A DNA stretch of 64,000 nucleotides from Lingula anatina (taxonomy: Eukaryota; Animalia; Brachiopoda). The translations under genes were made by a program, and so were the position numbers. The stretch is from the NCBI GenBank assembly GCA_051362555.1, contig CM120641.1:11532001-11596000 (forward strand), read 5' to 3'. Shown here in pieces: positions 36,101 to 49,775 of the stretch. Below the pieces are notes generated by a model. The model did no database searches, was not told the origin of the DNA, and saw only the letters and a list, made by a program, of their open reading frames with translations. Each line of letters begins with the position of its first letter. Position 1 is the stretch's first letter.

Positions 36101-39100
36101 TGTCAGCCCCGGGCAGACGGTCCAGCCTTAATTTCTAACACTGAGTGTGAGTGATCATTAATCTGAAGCTTTGCAATGTAATTGCAGGAGAACTTTGACC
36201 ATCCAGTGTTTGAGTGTCTAAACCCACAAGGAGAGATCTTGCCAGGCAGGACTGCTTACATTGAGTGGAGGTTCTCTCCCTTGGAAGCCAAGACTTACAT
36301 GGTAAATTATAGGGATTCTTAGTTATTAGATCCTTAGTTATTACAAATAATCAAAATCGCAGATAAAATGGTTTTATGTTATAGGTGCAGTTGAGTTGGC
36401 ATATAAGTTGTGACCATGGCAACATTGTAACCATGATGTAACAGTTGTTACTGTTGTTGTTTAGGTTGATGTTCCAATCCTTGTCCACAATGGAGACAGT
36501 GCCCTGATCACGTTCACTGGGGTGGGCTATGACCGGCGTGTGATGGGAGATACCATGCCCATCACTGACCAGCATGACCTGTCAGGTGTCCCTGCTGTAC
36601 AGAGTGTACCTGTGCCTGGACAGGTAACTTTACTTTATTAGTTTTATTCCCACATATAATTCATTAACTGGGCAAAGCAATCAACTTTATTATATACAGG
36701 TTTAACCAATATTTAACTTATATTTAACCAAAGTAAGTCTTATACAAACATCCGCAAATCAAGGACTAATGAAATTGTTCTTCAAATTGAACAGTACTAC
36801 ACCTGCTGAATAACGTTTTATTTGATTATTTTCATCACTTTGGTTTTTTAGTTATCTTCAATAAGTCTCAAAATAGAATTAGCATAGGAATTTCTTCTGC
36901 TACAATTTTGCTTTTTGTTTAGAGATTATGTTAAAACCTTTTTTGATTTTAATATTTTCCAGCTCCTGTACCTAAACCAAGAAAGAATCAGCATGGGCAA
37001 CCTGCCACTGTTCAGCCAGTCCAGACAGATGGTCAACTTGACCAACAAGTCTCTGGACCATGTGGTATCTTATGAGTGGCATGTCACAATTCCTGGAGAC
37101 AGTCAGATATTGAGCATACAGCCAGCCAAGGGCACCTTACAGCCAGGCCAGTCACACATGTGTAAGGTCACTTTCACAGCATGTGGAACACCCTCCTTTT
37201 ATGACCTTGACCTGGTGTGTGAGGTAAGATTAACGGTTAATTTTTCCCTTGCAATAATATGCATAGAATTATGCTGTGGTAGGAGAATAATTAACTCGTC
37301 TTGTTTCTACTGATGAACTGATGAGCAACTAACATTTCCTGGCTGACATTTGGTTATTGTCTTTTATTGTAGCTTTTTTTCATTTTTTTTCCAAGATATA
37401 TAATATTAGCCTACCCTATGAAAATAAATATTCCATAATTTAGATCCAGACAATTCCCAATTTTGATCTTTATTTTGTAAGTGTCAGAATGTTTGTTAGT
37501 GCAATTTTAACATTTTTATATACATGTACTTCTTCCTGCTTAGAAATTTGGGGGAATTCTTTTCAATCTGTAAAGAAGACTATACTCATATAGTAAAGCT
37601 TTCTTTGCACACAAAACTTGATTGTGTCTCCCTCAGGTCACTGATGAGACAGAGATGGCAGTCTATAGGAAAAAGATGAAGGAATGGGATGAAGAAAAAT
37701 ACCGCCAGATGTATGAGTTTACCATCACAGAGAAAGACCTCACCACAGATCACACTGTGCTGAATGTGGAGGTAAGGAATCGGGGGTTGAGGCTAGTTTG
37801 AGCTGGTTACCATTACCTGTATATTGTGATCAGAGGAGAACACATAGATACATGTAGTCACAGTATTGGAAAGTTACAAGAAGTTTTCAAGCAGTTCTTT
37901 ATCTTCCAGGAGAGGCCTCCAAGTGGAAGACTTAAGGCGCTCAATGGAAACAGGGTGGAGTCCGAGGCTGACCTCATCAAATATTCTGTGAGTAAAAACT
38001 TTATTTATTCAATTATTTATTAATTCATATACTTTATCTTAATACCTTTGCCATCTTGTGTGAGGTGTAGTGTTGAAGTATGCTGTCTATATCTCTCTGC
38101 AGACTCTACCCCCTATCAAACACAGCTCTGCTGACCTCGAGCGAGAAAGACAACAACTAGTTGGGAAGCTTCATGATCAGTTCTGGCAGAAACCATCCCC
38201 ACCAGAGCCTTTCCTGATCCACCTGGGAGTGACAGCCAGGACCCATAACATTGATGACTTCCAGGTCAACTTTCCAGATTTGCTCAAGAGCACATTTGTG
38301 GACAGGTAGGTTTGTTAGGTTGAAAGATTATTTTCTTAATCTTTTACTGAAAATAGTATAGGATGATATATTTATATACCCTAGCTTAATTTGTAAGTAA
38401 ACTTTACTTGCATTAAAGGCATGGTATCAAATTAAAAATAAAAAAAAAGAATAGTACAAATTTATTTCTAGAACAAAAGTTTTTTTGCAGTACAGTGATC
38501 ATAATTAGATCAGTGAATTAATAGTAGTGGTTCTACCATTTAAATAAGGTGGGTTTAGTTTTCTGGTGTCAGGGTAGTTGGTTAGAGGTAATAGGGACAT
38601 ATTTTTGCACCAACCATGGTAACATTTTAATGTTATTGAGCTACTGTGAGTGCAAATACATCATAAATCTAAGTATCCAATATTTGTAAAGGACTGGTAA
38701 AGGTAATCCATCGTTTCACATCTTGCTTGGCATGAAAATAAATAATAAGCATAGATAATGATTAAAACCAATGGATGATTTTCCCCACCTAGGACCCTTG
38801 GTGACAAACTCCAGAAGGAGGTAGAGAAGAGGACAGAGGAGATTAAGGAGAAACAAGAACCTGTGGAGTGCTCAGACATAGAGGCTGACATTGTAACTGG
38901 AGTAGTTAGCAATGTATTGAGGTAGGCTGCTTAAAAAGGGGGAAATAAATTTAATTTATTCATGAGCGGTTTCTGCAGACACAGCATATGTGCACATCTA
39001 CTACCAAGAGAAAAGAAATGAAAATGAAAAAGAGAGAAATAAAAAACCAATATCTAGATGGGTTTAAAATTGAAATTATCACACTTACTAGCAAGACTTG

Positions 39101-40212
39101 ATCTTGTCAAGTTTCTTCTTTTTTAATATAAAATCTTTATAAAACAAATATTTACAGTATTTTCACCTATTATTGCAATAACAGAAAATATTTTTAATAT
39201 CAGTCTATACGCATGATGACACCATGCCTCACATATGATTTCAGAGGTCTACTGGATGATGTAGACTTCCATGAAGCAGTGAAAAAGATATCAGATGAGC
39301 CGATCCCATACTTCACTCAACTTGGTGAAGGTAGACCAAAGACTGTAACTGTCCCGTCCACTCGTGCTCCTACCACTGCCCCTGGTGATCGTCCTCCCAC
39401 CCCCGCTAGGACAGGCTATGTACCATCACCATCACCATCAGACCACTCAACCGAGGGTCTGGGCGAGCAGGTACATGTTTACATATCTGTATGCTGTGTA
39501 ACATACCTTTAAGTTTTAATCCAGTTGAAGATTTGAAGTTAGTTTTTTAAAAATATGCTCAGGTTTTAAAAGGGGAATTTTTTTCAAATGATTGTGTAAT
39601 TTTTTTGTTTATTGTGTTGTCAGTTTAGATACTACATATCAAATTCATATATATATTTTGATGGCCTGTGAGACTGTTTGTTTGCAATATTCAGGTTGAA
39701 GTGGCATCAGTGGCATCATCTGTCCCTGAACACCACCGGCGCACACAGGACGAGGTGGAGAAGAGCCTTCAGGAGGAGAAACGACTGAAGGAGAGAGAAG
39801 CATTACAGAGGTAAGGTTAGGGGTACTTCCAAGTCACTGGTGCTTAAAGTTGGACTTGTTTAGTCAATTTTAATTGTATTTATTTTACAATGGTTCACCT
39901 GTTTGCCTGTTTAGCAATTCATCACCAAAACATGCATGTAAATGAAAATAGTGTAATATACTTGATTTTAGATGAGGACTTACTTCATAAAGAAAATTCC
40001 AAATGATTGTAGTGCTTAGTTCATTGGTGTAACCTGTCTCTGCTTTCAGATTACCAGAATTCAGCTCAACTCTGGAACATCTGCTTGAAAACACTTTGAC
40101 AAACATTGTAAATGAGGCCTTCAATAGGGAATACAACATCACCACCAGGCCCAGGCTGATAGCACTCCCTCCCAAACCCAGCACCCCACAGGGGGCTAAA
40201 CATCAGAAATAA
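22857..40212 (+). CDS. CFAP65: Cilia- and flagella-associated protein 65 (CCDC108), multi-exon (roughly 35-40 exons), ASH/MSP Ig-like repeats
   Basis: Predicted first exon 22857-22879 (MMMSTCLR) splices in phase to 24266-24427 ([33 protein letters not shown]). It continues with [151 protein letters not shown]. The last exon 40051-40212 reads [28 protein letters not shown]. The first exon is less certain than the rest. Confidence 0.93.
25491..25611. mobile_element. Degenerate MITE remnant in a CFAP65 intron
   Basis: Imperfect inverted repeats CCTGAGTTTTCTAGTTTACTAGAACC and GGTTTCGAGTAAACTCTAAAGCTCAGG. Confidence 0.5.
26611..26690 (+). repeat. Duplicated CFAP65 splice acceptor plus exon 5' part (pseudo-exon ending in a stop)
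   Basis: 26628 onward ([20 protein letters not shown]) parallels the true exon at 26723 ([18 protein letters not shown]..). The copies share GCAGCCTGCCAGCAGTATT and the AGTAAATG..TTYCAG acceptor, offset 95 bp. Confidence 0.75.
33069..33107. repeat. (CA)n microsatellite
   Basis: Uninterrupted CA run in a CFAP65 intron. Confidence 0.95.
35988..36143. mobile_element. hAT-like MITE in a CFAP65 intron
   Basis: Ends CAGCGTT / AACACTG with a perfect 8-bp target duplication AGTGTGAG (35980-35987, 36144-36151). Internal repeated CAGCC/GCTGG motifs. Confidence 0.8.
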
Positions 40213-40747
40213 GCACAGCATGGATCTCTGGTGGATATAAACTGGTACAAATATCTCTCCCGGAACTTCAAGGTCTGGCAGGCCAATCCTAGGAATAAGT
40301 GACATGTAGATATGACACTGAGGATCTAGTGTACTGACAAGACTGTGTAAAAAACTGTCAAAAATAGCTGAGGTGGAATTATCTGAAACACGATGACACC
40401 ATCCAGTGCCATTTGGTCCAGTGTGAAACATTTGTATATATACATAATAGTTGTGATATAAATATTGATTGTATAACATACTGAAGATATGTGCACTGTG
40501 AAGTGGTTATCTTAAAGATTGAACTCTTTTTGTTTTGCTTTTTTATTTAAAGGTTTTGCTCCTTTATGATTCAAACATAATTTAGCAAAGTTTAAAACAG
40601 TGTTTTCTACAATAATTCATGTACAACTTACATTGAACATCATCTTTGTAAATAAATATTTTAATTAAATGATAATCATTTGGAATTTATCATTTAGTCT
40701 GACTTAACACTTCAATTTATTACTACCAGGTAAAGTCTTAGGCTCTA

Positions 40748-40947
40748 TTCCCATAGATTTAGATCGATCTATCCCCGCGGGGAGTCTCACTAGATTACTT
40801 TCAGATAATCCGACTTAAATGTCCGTCCTGCCTACTACAAGCTATAAGGGGGTAATTAACTTTGGTGTCCGCCCGGCTGACAGCTATTTAGCGTGAACCC
40901 CCAGGGAGTTAGGTCGATCTAAAGCAGGTCCATCTAATCGATGGAAA
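40748..40947. mobile_element. Second, more decayed copy of the fold-back MITE
   Basis: Shares GATCGATCTAT..GGGGAGTCTCACTA, AAATGTC.GTC..GCCTA, AGGGGGTAATTA.CTTTG and GGAGTTAG..CGATC with 4673-4898. Confidence 0.75.
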
Positions 40948-41740
40948 TGGGGTGTTACTCTTAAAAACATCATGGGTACAATAAGTACATTTAATTTAAA
41001 TATGTATTATCGTACACACTAGCGTTTATATTGAAGCGTTTCCCAAGACTGTCATTAGTTACATTTGTGATACAAGGACTAGCAAATGCGCGATTCAGGT
41101 TTGCAAAGTTTTCTCTGTTACACTTGTCACGGCACTGCAGTTTATATACATACATTCATGTTCCTTTGTCTGTAAGGCACTAGAGGTGCAAAGTCTACTT
41201 CCACGTGGAGTTTGGTTTAACGGCCCAAATCCTTATCTTTCGCTGAATATTTGAACATAGGGTGTTCGCTTACGCTAGGATGGACATATATATATATGAA
41301 ACATACTTTTGCTGCCTACGGATTTATTTTAAAGATTGAAACAGTTGTCTTTCGTCTTTCAATATTCAACGTGCAAATGTAATTGATACATCTTTATTTA
41401 TCAGAATAAAATACAAGTCCGTTTTTAGATTTAAAACTTAATTTACGTCACTAATCCCATTTAATACGTTAGTCAAGTAAGTCTGTCCCTTAGTATGTGC
41501 ACTTTTACTGAAATTCCCGTCTATTTAAAAGAGTCATCAGATAGCTCCGATTTCCCAGAGGTAGCCTTGAGAGAAAGGTTTTTTTTTTTTTCGCTTTTGT
41601 GGTCAGAGAGGGTGCACTGATCCTCACTCACAGCAGTGATTTCATACGTTCTGGTGCATGGGAGAAATGAGGTAGGTGACGGCGGAGAACTCTAAAATGC
41701 CAATTCAAAATAGCAACGATGCCCCCAATTAAGTTCTGTG

Positions 41741-42400
41741 CTACTTGAGGACTTTGTATACATACATGTAACAATTTATCTTATCGTGCTTTAAGTGATA
41801 CTTTTCAGTGGTCTTGGAGAGGAGTTCCACTTTTTTCTCTGCTTCTATTTTGGGCAGTTTCTCTGTAAATCCGTAGGCCGGGTCGTCGCACATGTCGGGG
41901 CGCAGAGTGAAGACAATTAGTCCGTTAGGTTTGGTGACACGAATTAGCTCGTCTAATGCGTCAGCATGGACGTGACCTTTTGTGAAAGTTCCAACCACCA
42001 AAATAGCATCATAATCATTGGAAGGCAGCTTCAAGGGCTCGGGTCCAGCCATATTATCCTGAAACAGGTGATTGTATGCTCCCTTTTCCTCTGCCACAAC
42101 CAACATCTCCGCGCTAATATCCAAAGCGTCTAAGTTGGAATAGCCCCACTCGTGCAGGGCGGCACCAGACATTCCCGTGCCGGCCCCGGCGTCTAATATC
42201 TTGGCCTTCTTGTCGGGCACCCATTCCGCTAGTTTCCTGGCTCCCTCTACCGGGCCCACGTAGCCTAGATGTCCAGTAGTGTCGGCGTCGTATTCTCTGG
42301 CCCACGCGTCATAGATCTTCCGCAGGGTTTCAGGGCTGCTGTTTGCATCGATTTTAGACAATCTTTCGTGTCCGACGAAAGGTACATCTGTCTCAGACAT
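41741..42400 (-). CDS. Class I SAM-dependent methyltransferase, METTL27/WBSCR27-like, single coding exon
   Basis: 219-aa ORF with YDAWAREYD, motif I ILDAGAGTGMSG, LDALDISAEML and LDELIRVTKPNGLIVFT. An acceptor TTTTAG lies 5 nt upstream of the ATG (42407-42406) and a strong donor AGG|GTGAGT at 43362/43361, implying a 5'UTR intron. Confidence 0.9.
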   Translation of the reverse strand: MSETDVPFVGHERLSKIDANSSPETLRKIYDAWAREYDADTTGHLGYVGPVEGARKLAEWVPDKKAKILDAGAGTGMSGAALHEWGYSNLDALDISAEMLVVAEEKGAYNHLFQDNMAGPEPLKLPSNDYDAILVVGTFTKGHVHADALDELIRVTKPNGLIVFTLRPDMCDDPAYGFTEKLPKIEAEKKVELLSKTTEKYHLKHDKINCYMYVYKVLK

Positions 42401-45400
42401 TTTTCCTAAAACGAAAATAATTTATTATGTTTTAATTAAATGATAAATCGATTTTATCTCCCAAACGGCAATGCAACGACGAACTGGTATATAAGTTTTA
42501 AAAATGCAGAAGATTTGAGCTGGTCTTGATAGGTGGTAATGTAGTTGTGCCTTTTAGCAATTACAGTTCAGTAGAAACAGATATACTTGTCGCGACACTG
42601 CAGTTTATATACCGAATACACAATAGTGCTACAACTACTACATACATGTACATGCACGATATAGTACCATAACGATATAGTGAGGTGCAAAAAAATAATC
42701 GCAAGGGTGAAAAAAAATAATTGCAAAGTTGGTATCAATTCTGTGAGAAAATGCACTCATGGCCACTAGACAATCATTCAACAATCTGTTTACAAAGGCG
42801 TGTTGTGTTGAAAAAATGACTGTACTTATGGCAAAATGAACCCACAATTTCTGACTTCTGATTAAGCAATAAATAACTGTTTAAATGCACCAGAATGCAG
42901 TATTATACATACAGTTTTTAAAAAATTGTCTCTTTCTACATGTAAACAAATATATATGCTGTATTAAGTTATTTTGGGAGAACTAATTTGATACCCCGTT
43001 TTTAATGTGGCAACACTGCTACAAAAATGTACTTCGCGCATGCGTAAATGCTTAATTCCGAGCCAGCTGGTTAAAGCTTTGTAACTCAACTGGTCCTGCT
43101 ACGTGTATTAATAGCAAGGATTACAATGGTTGGCGAGCGCAGTGCAGGCTAGTGTGTGAGTCTGACCACCTATTTGACTTAGGTCGTGTGGATTGTGCAG
43201 CGATTGTACGTTCTCTTTAAGGCTGAATAGACTATTTGTCGTAAAATACCCAGTAGTTGGAACTGAGGCAGCATGTCCGGCAACCACACCCGGAGTTAAC
43301 ACGTACAGTGTATCTTGAAACGTTTGCTTACGACATGTTTGTAACTGAATGTTTAACTCACCCTGTATAACAGTGGAATCCAGCAGACCGGTTGATACAA
43401 TCGTCCGAATCGTGTACAATAGGAGAGAGGGTCTAAAACATGGCCGTCAGTTACTACCGCCTGAGTGGGGATTAAGGTCAGCTAGCGTCAGTCAACTGTA
43501 GATAAGATATGAATGGGTGCACCAGGCTTTCTCAAACCGAGCGCTTTCAGCATGGACGACACAGTCAATAAATAAAACTCAACACGCGGTGCAAAAACAT
43601 GCGTTTTGTTTGCGTCGCGTTGCGAAATGATGTAACGAAACTAGTTATAGGGGCCTACTATTTTAACCACTAGGAAGACATTTAGGTGGATTTTGATTTG
43701 ACAAAGGTAGGCCCTACTCGCTCAACACGAATCCCCACCGACTTTTAACGAAAAATGCTTTGTTTGAAATTAACAAAATTTCACCAGAAACAATAAACTC
43801 ATTTTTAATGTTAAAATTTCGTTTGCACTCTAAATACAGGACCGTTTTACCCGGGCCTTAGTATTATATGGGACGCGGCCACATATGTTCTCGTATTTTC
43901 AAATGTCGAGTGTTAAAAAATGTTTACATTCACCCCACCCACCCAACTACACGCACACTTTTTTGTGCGTATCGGTCCTTTAGAGCGGGAAGGGGGAGGC
44001 TGCCCGTGTGCTTAGGCCTACTGATTTAAACGATTTGTGAGTCGAGAAACGAGCTTAACGGCACAAAACCAAACTTTTTATTTCATCTTTTTCTTTGCCC
44101 TGTATAATATTCTTATTTTTGTCTCACGGCCGAAACGACGCAAAAATATTTTAGAAAGTGTGCCCACCCCCCACTTGCATCGTCAAAATCAACCAATGAA
44201 TAAGCTGTAAAATCATATCAGTATCGACAGTGAGTTAACGTCGATTTTTTTAGCCCCAGGGGAGGCAAAGATGACAGTAAGCAATCCCGGATTACGGTAT
44301 TGTGGGATGTAAAGGAATGTAGCGACAGACTTTCCCCTTGTCTGTACTAGTGGACATTGTCTCTGCGGTTACAAATATTTGTTTCTTTAAAGTGGGAGCT
44401 TAGGACACAGACCTACTTATTCTTGACTGCACTGCCGGAAAGTGTGTACTCTTTCTCCATGTTAGTTTGTTTAGAAAATAACCCGCATTTCACAAATGTA
44501 ACCATTTTGGCTACGACCAATATTTGCTTATAGAAGTCTGAATGGCAATTGTTAGAAAATTGTATTATTGTAACATTAATCTGCGGGCGATCATACCGAA
44601 TTGCCCCCGTTGTGATTTCGTCAATTGCCCAAGAATTAATTTGACAGTTGTAAATCAATTCTGAAGGTGAATAATGTATCACAGTTTCAATTGCTCCTTT
44701 TAGTCTATTCGACCAAAGGTATATTAATTTGTATTAGGTTTTCCTTAGCGTCGTTTCAACGCCTATAGCAATTTAGTTGAGATACATGGTTGACTATAAG
44801 GTGACATAATCAAAGCAATTACTGCTATCGATAGATTGAGTTCGTTCAATTCAATAAATAAATCGAGTTCTCTTCAACTGACTATTTCATATAATGCCCA
44901 TGTAAACAAACGGAGCACACTTATTCTGTCAACGACGCCACAGACCGTGAAACCCAAATACCTGTATGCCTTTTTCCTCACATTCTGGACAAACGCATGT
45001 CGTCTTTTTAATATATGAGTGATTAAGACATCTTAGCCATGACGCCAAAAATTTAGGAGTTATGAAATATTTAAAAAAAAAAGATCATGTGCAACAGAAT
45101 GTGAATGAAGCGTATTTCCCTGTTAAAGAGTCCAGATCAGCTTATTCCGCGGCAAAAATGTAAATCACACCCTCAACGTATACTACAGGTCTTTCCGGAT
45201 TTTTTCTATATGCTATGATAAACCATCTGCCTGTGTAACTAACAACTTAGAGGTTGGCAGCTCAGTTTGCAATCTTGTTGAATTGTAGGCGTCCGTAAGT
45301 CGACGGGTAAGAACTTAAAACAGCAAATACAACTTAACTGTTCGTGGAGCATCGGTGACGCGCTTAAATGAAATCAAAACTGTCTGAAACACGATTTTGT

Positions 45401-48400
45401 AATTTCGATAATTGTCGGCGGGTAAGCAATGGCGAGTGAAAAGAAAAATATGAAAATTGAAGCAAATTCATATACTAGTGACCTAAACATTGAAAAGAAT
45501 ATTTGTGTTATATGTACAATAACAAAAGATGAAATAATGGGCTGTTTACGCACCATCTTTATGCCCCCCCTCCCCTCCCCCATATCTCAGGTCCGACATA
45601 TTTTATTCAAGTTTGAAAACTTCAGCCTACACAACGCTTTCCTATTCTCCTGAATAATAAAATCGCATAATCCTTTTCTTATGAAGTCTTCATAATCTCT
45701 AAGGGTTTGTCAAGAAGTCATTTTACAGAAAGTGGCTTTCCGTAACCTTTACCAATTTGTCACTTTCAAAACACAGTGGTTATTGTGTACCGTACGTGAA
45801 TGATACAATGGTGAGCCTAGTATGAGCTACAGGAGAATACATTTCACACAGACTCCTCGGCGGCAATCTGTGGGCCCTACTGTAAGACTAAAGAAACTGG
45901 TGACACGCCCCTCGAGATTTTAGATGACTTCTACTCACCTTGTTTACCTATTAAAGTCAGATTACGATGGTGTTTATGCACAAAAGTTCAAAGGCGCACG
46001 ACAATGTGCTTTATACAAGATCGAGTCATTATCGAGTATAACACAAAACAGAGAAAGAAGTCAAACACGACTGGACGGTTTTTATCTTATTACAAACCAC
46101 TGGTTTAGAAAGAGAGCAGAGTTATTCTGAGAACAAATTTTTATCCCTCTACCATTCTCGGCCTTACCCACTTTATTTACCCAATTTACTAATACACAAA
46201 TTCCTATAATACCATGGGTTAGAGGTATCATTGTTTGAAAAAATCCTTACATGCTTTATTTCGGAACAAAAGATTTGCTCGTTATTCCCAAAAATAAAAT
46301 TTGGGAAACTTCCAACTCTTCTAAAATGTACGTAAGATTTTTATTTATAGAATGTTGAAGTACGTAAGATGTATATTTTTAGATGGCCCAGTGGTAAGAC
46401 AATGAAGTGAAGACAAGGAAGGTCTTCATTTTATTCCACATTTATGGAGTTACCATAGTTAGATCAGAAGAAAAGCGTAAGAAATTGGTAAACAAACCAC
46501 TTAGTATAGTGTGCTAGAACATCAGTAGCGAGGCAAACAGTCTGTTTTTTGTAGAGGAGTAACTTCCACGTGTATTAAATAAACAACGTTTTTCCTATCA
46601 TGCGATCCCACAGTTTTTATTGGTTGAGTTAATATCACTTCATTTTCGGGAGGCGCACGTGCTCACTAAAATATTTTCATCCAAACATGTAATTTTGCCT
46701 TCTAAATGTCAGCTATAACCTTCCCAAGACAGAGGGAGTCAACCTCGGCAGATCTCTTTAAGTAAAACAGAAAACATTTCTCAATTATCATATAAATTGC
46801 TATATGTTTCGTGACATGTGCGAGGGCGGACCATGCCTCGCCCAAGTATGTCGTGCTATGGACGGTAAGTTTAGGGAACTTTCTTCATCAGTACAGGAGC
46901 CGGCAACAAATTAATGCGTCTCAAACTTATAAAATAGGCCGTTTAATGTGGTTAAATTATTTAATGCGCACAGATTGATGCGACATCTTCCTTAGACACA
47001 TCAAAGTCCGCTTGATATTTACTATTATGCGCAAAATTGAAACAAACACATGCATTACGCGGTCATTTTAGCGTCCGTTTGTCTTTTGTCCTGGGGTTAA
47101 ATTTGAATGACTCGAGAATTCCGGCTCTGATTTCTACCTCAACGACCTCTAGGTGTGTCTTGATAATATTTACAGAACTCACTGTCAATTTACTTCCAGA
47201 GTCTATGTTTTATCCTTGGCATTTAACTATTATTGTCGCCGGACCTCAATGGTTGAACTGCACAGACGCAGATGTATGATATACGCTGCTGTCAGACAGT
47301 TTAAATTTATCTACTGAAATCCACTCTCTGTTTGTTTGCATTCGCATAAAATCAATGTATCGTTTTAGAGAAAGCAAATATTTATTAATACACATCATTT
47401 CAACATGAACATAGTGGATAATGCCGACAGGAGACTTTCTTGAATTACCTCTGCCTCGAGCTGAAGATCTCAGTGCGGAGATTAAGGTAGTTTACAATGC
47501 AACACGGGTGTTTGGGCATATCCGCCCTGGCATACAACCGGTGGACGAGTAAATAAGTACATGCGAGAAAGATGGACGAAAATTTTGAAATATCGATGAA
47601 TCGTAGACATATCTCGGAAAGTGCTGAAAACATCGTCTGCTGCGTTGCGTGTTGACAGATTGTGCTGAGAAATGACGAGGTGCGGATACGTATCCGTGAA
47701 GTCCAGTCTTGGTGACTCCGTGGTCACACTCCTGGGTTTGTTAACTTAGAAAAATCGAGAAAGATTGCATCATATTCAGAATAAAAATTCGAAAAAATGA
47801 AAGATGTGTGGTGTCTGGTTTCGTGTATGTGGGAGCATTTAGTGACACGTATTTTTTCGGTTGCATAATTACGGTGAATACTGCTAGCTTGTACACTTTA
47901 ATTCACAAAGAACGCTCTATTAGCGACACGGACTTGGTGCTTCCTCTCAATATTTGGCACATTGAATTTACACAGCAATCGTCCTTATGCGCTAGAAAGG
48001 CTAAATATGGACCGAGTAGTCGGGGAGCTAGCAACAGGAACAGAGCCTTGGGTTGTTTCATTTCTTTCATTCACTAAATTGTTTAAATGATACAAATCCC
48101 AATCAAACATGATTGAATGTTAAGTCCGTTTTTACGACATTTCCTTACGCCCAGGCCCGATCGCTCTCAATGAATGAACCGGGCCCTCTGTTACTTTGCC
48201 AGGCGACTCGAGTTCGCAGTATGTGGTGAGCTAGAATGTCAGTAACTGCAGTTGTGAAACATTTAAGTTAAATTTGTTTGGTCAGAGAGCCGGTTTTCCT
48301 GCTGTAAACTCTTCGGGCTCAAAAGGTGACGATTTTTACATTTGAAGCAAGCCGTGGAGAAACGGAGAAAAGGAAAAAATTAAGGGGGGAATAGAACATT

Positions 48401-49730
48401 AAAAAGAAACGTTTTATTTGTGCTAGGATCAAGGTGTTAACAAAACAATGTTTGGAACGTCCTTCGAAATGAATACGATGTTAAAACATTAAATTAACAA
48501 CGAAGTAGTACGTCGTAACACTCAATATCAAGACCAAGACAAAGTAAATGATTAGGTTTCTTCGTCATTCGTGAGTAAGTCACACAGATATGTAAACAAA
48601 TGATTAAGACATGAATTCCCAATCAATTCCTGGAAGATTAGTTTATGCTTGATTAAAGATAAATAATTAAAGGGATTTTTTTGGTGGTGTTGTTACCATG
48701 AGTAAGGGGTACTATGAGTAAAGGCGTACGTATGAGTTATCGCGGCTTTTCAGTACGAAAACATTTTTCTTCAATTCTTTTTTTAAAATCGGGTCATCAC
48801 CTTAATATGAGTTATGGGTTTTATTTTACCTTAACGGTAATCTTAACCTAGTTCTCCTTGTGCTCTTTTGTATAAAGAAACAAGTCTAATCTTAGAGTTT
48901 ACTACATATTCATATCATGGGGTAGTTGTCAGCAGTATACAAGTCGAGCAATAGACCAATTTTTTAGCGAGAAGAAAGGGGTTGCTTAGACCTGCCTGGA
49001 GTGGGAGAAGGGATTTCATTGGTGCAGCATGATCTGTTCATCAGAACTCACTTATAATAATGTCACATGTTGTCACTGCCCACGCACGAAAAAAATTGTC
49101 TTGCATATATCATTCAGTTTGCACCACAGAATTCGTTTGTTCTAATTTGAATGTAAAAAAATAAAAAAGGAAAATAATAAAAGAAAAAAAAAGAAAAGGA
49201 AGGAAAGGAAGTGGGTAGTCCAACCAAGGGATTCTACTCCTTATTCTTTTTTACATGTATCCCAAACGTCATAGCATTTTCTTCATACCAGAACCGATGA
49301 AGGCCCTTTAAGTTGCCTCAGTAATAAATCTTATATTATCTTTCCAAATTCAATTTTTGGTGTATGTTAGGGCGACGGAAGGGTTTGTTTTTACTGTATT
49401 AAAAACGCCGCATTCTTGCGCTCCCTACTTGCACACTTAATGGCTGTTATCAATATTGTGCCAACTTGTAAGAGTGTTGAAATCGCATGTAAGTCATTTA
49501 GGACCAATTTGTAACAGATGTAGATGCATATTTTATAGTTCCGTTTTCTTGTGGTAGGTGGAGGATATATAAGACTAGCCAGGCTATTTTTACATTGTGG
49601 ATCGCCATTCATTAAATACCTCTACAAAGCTGTAGGAACAAGATGAAAAATAAGTCGTTTCATCGCTAATCTAATTTGTATGAACTTAATTCCAGTGTCA
49701 ATTATTTATAACCTCGATTGAAAAAAAATG

Positions 49731-49735
<5 letters not shown>

Positions 49736-49774
<39 letters not shown>
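49736..49774. repeat. (GA)n microsatellite
   Basis: Uninterrupted GA run about 2 kb downstream of noggin. Confidence 0.95.

Positions 49775-49775
<1 letters not shown>

Noticed and set aside
46813-46851. Small GC hairpin GCGAGG..CCTCGC
   Set aside because: Too short, and lacks the flanking hallmarks of a Helitron end or structured RNA.
47445-47727. ORFs and a good minus-strand donor (GAG|GTAATT at 47449)
   Set aside because: No protein similarity and no convincing acceptor. It could be a non-coding exon but cannot be supported.
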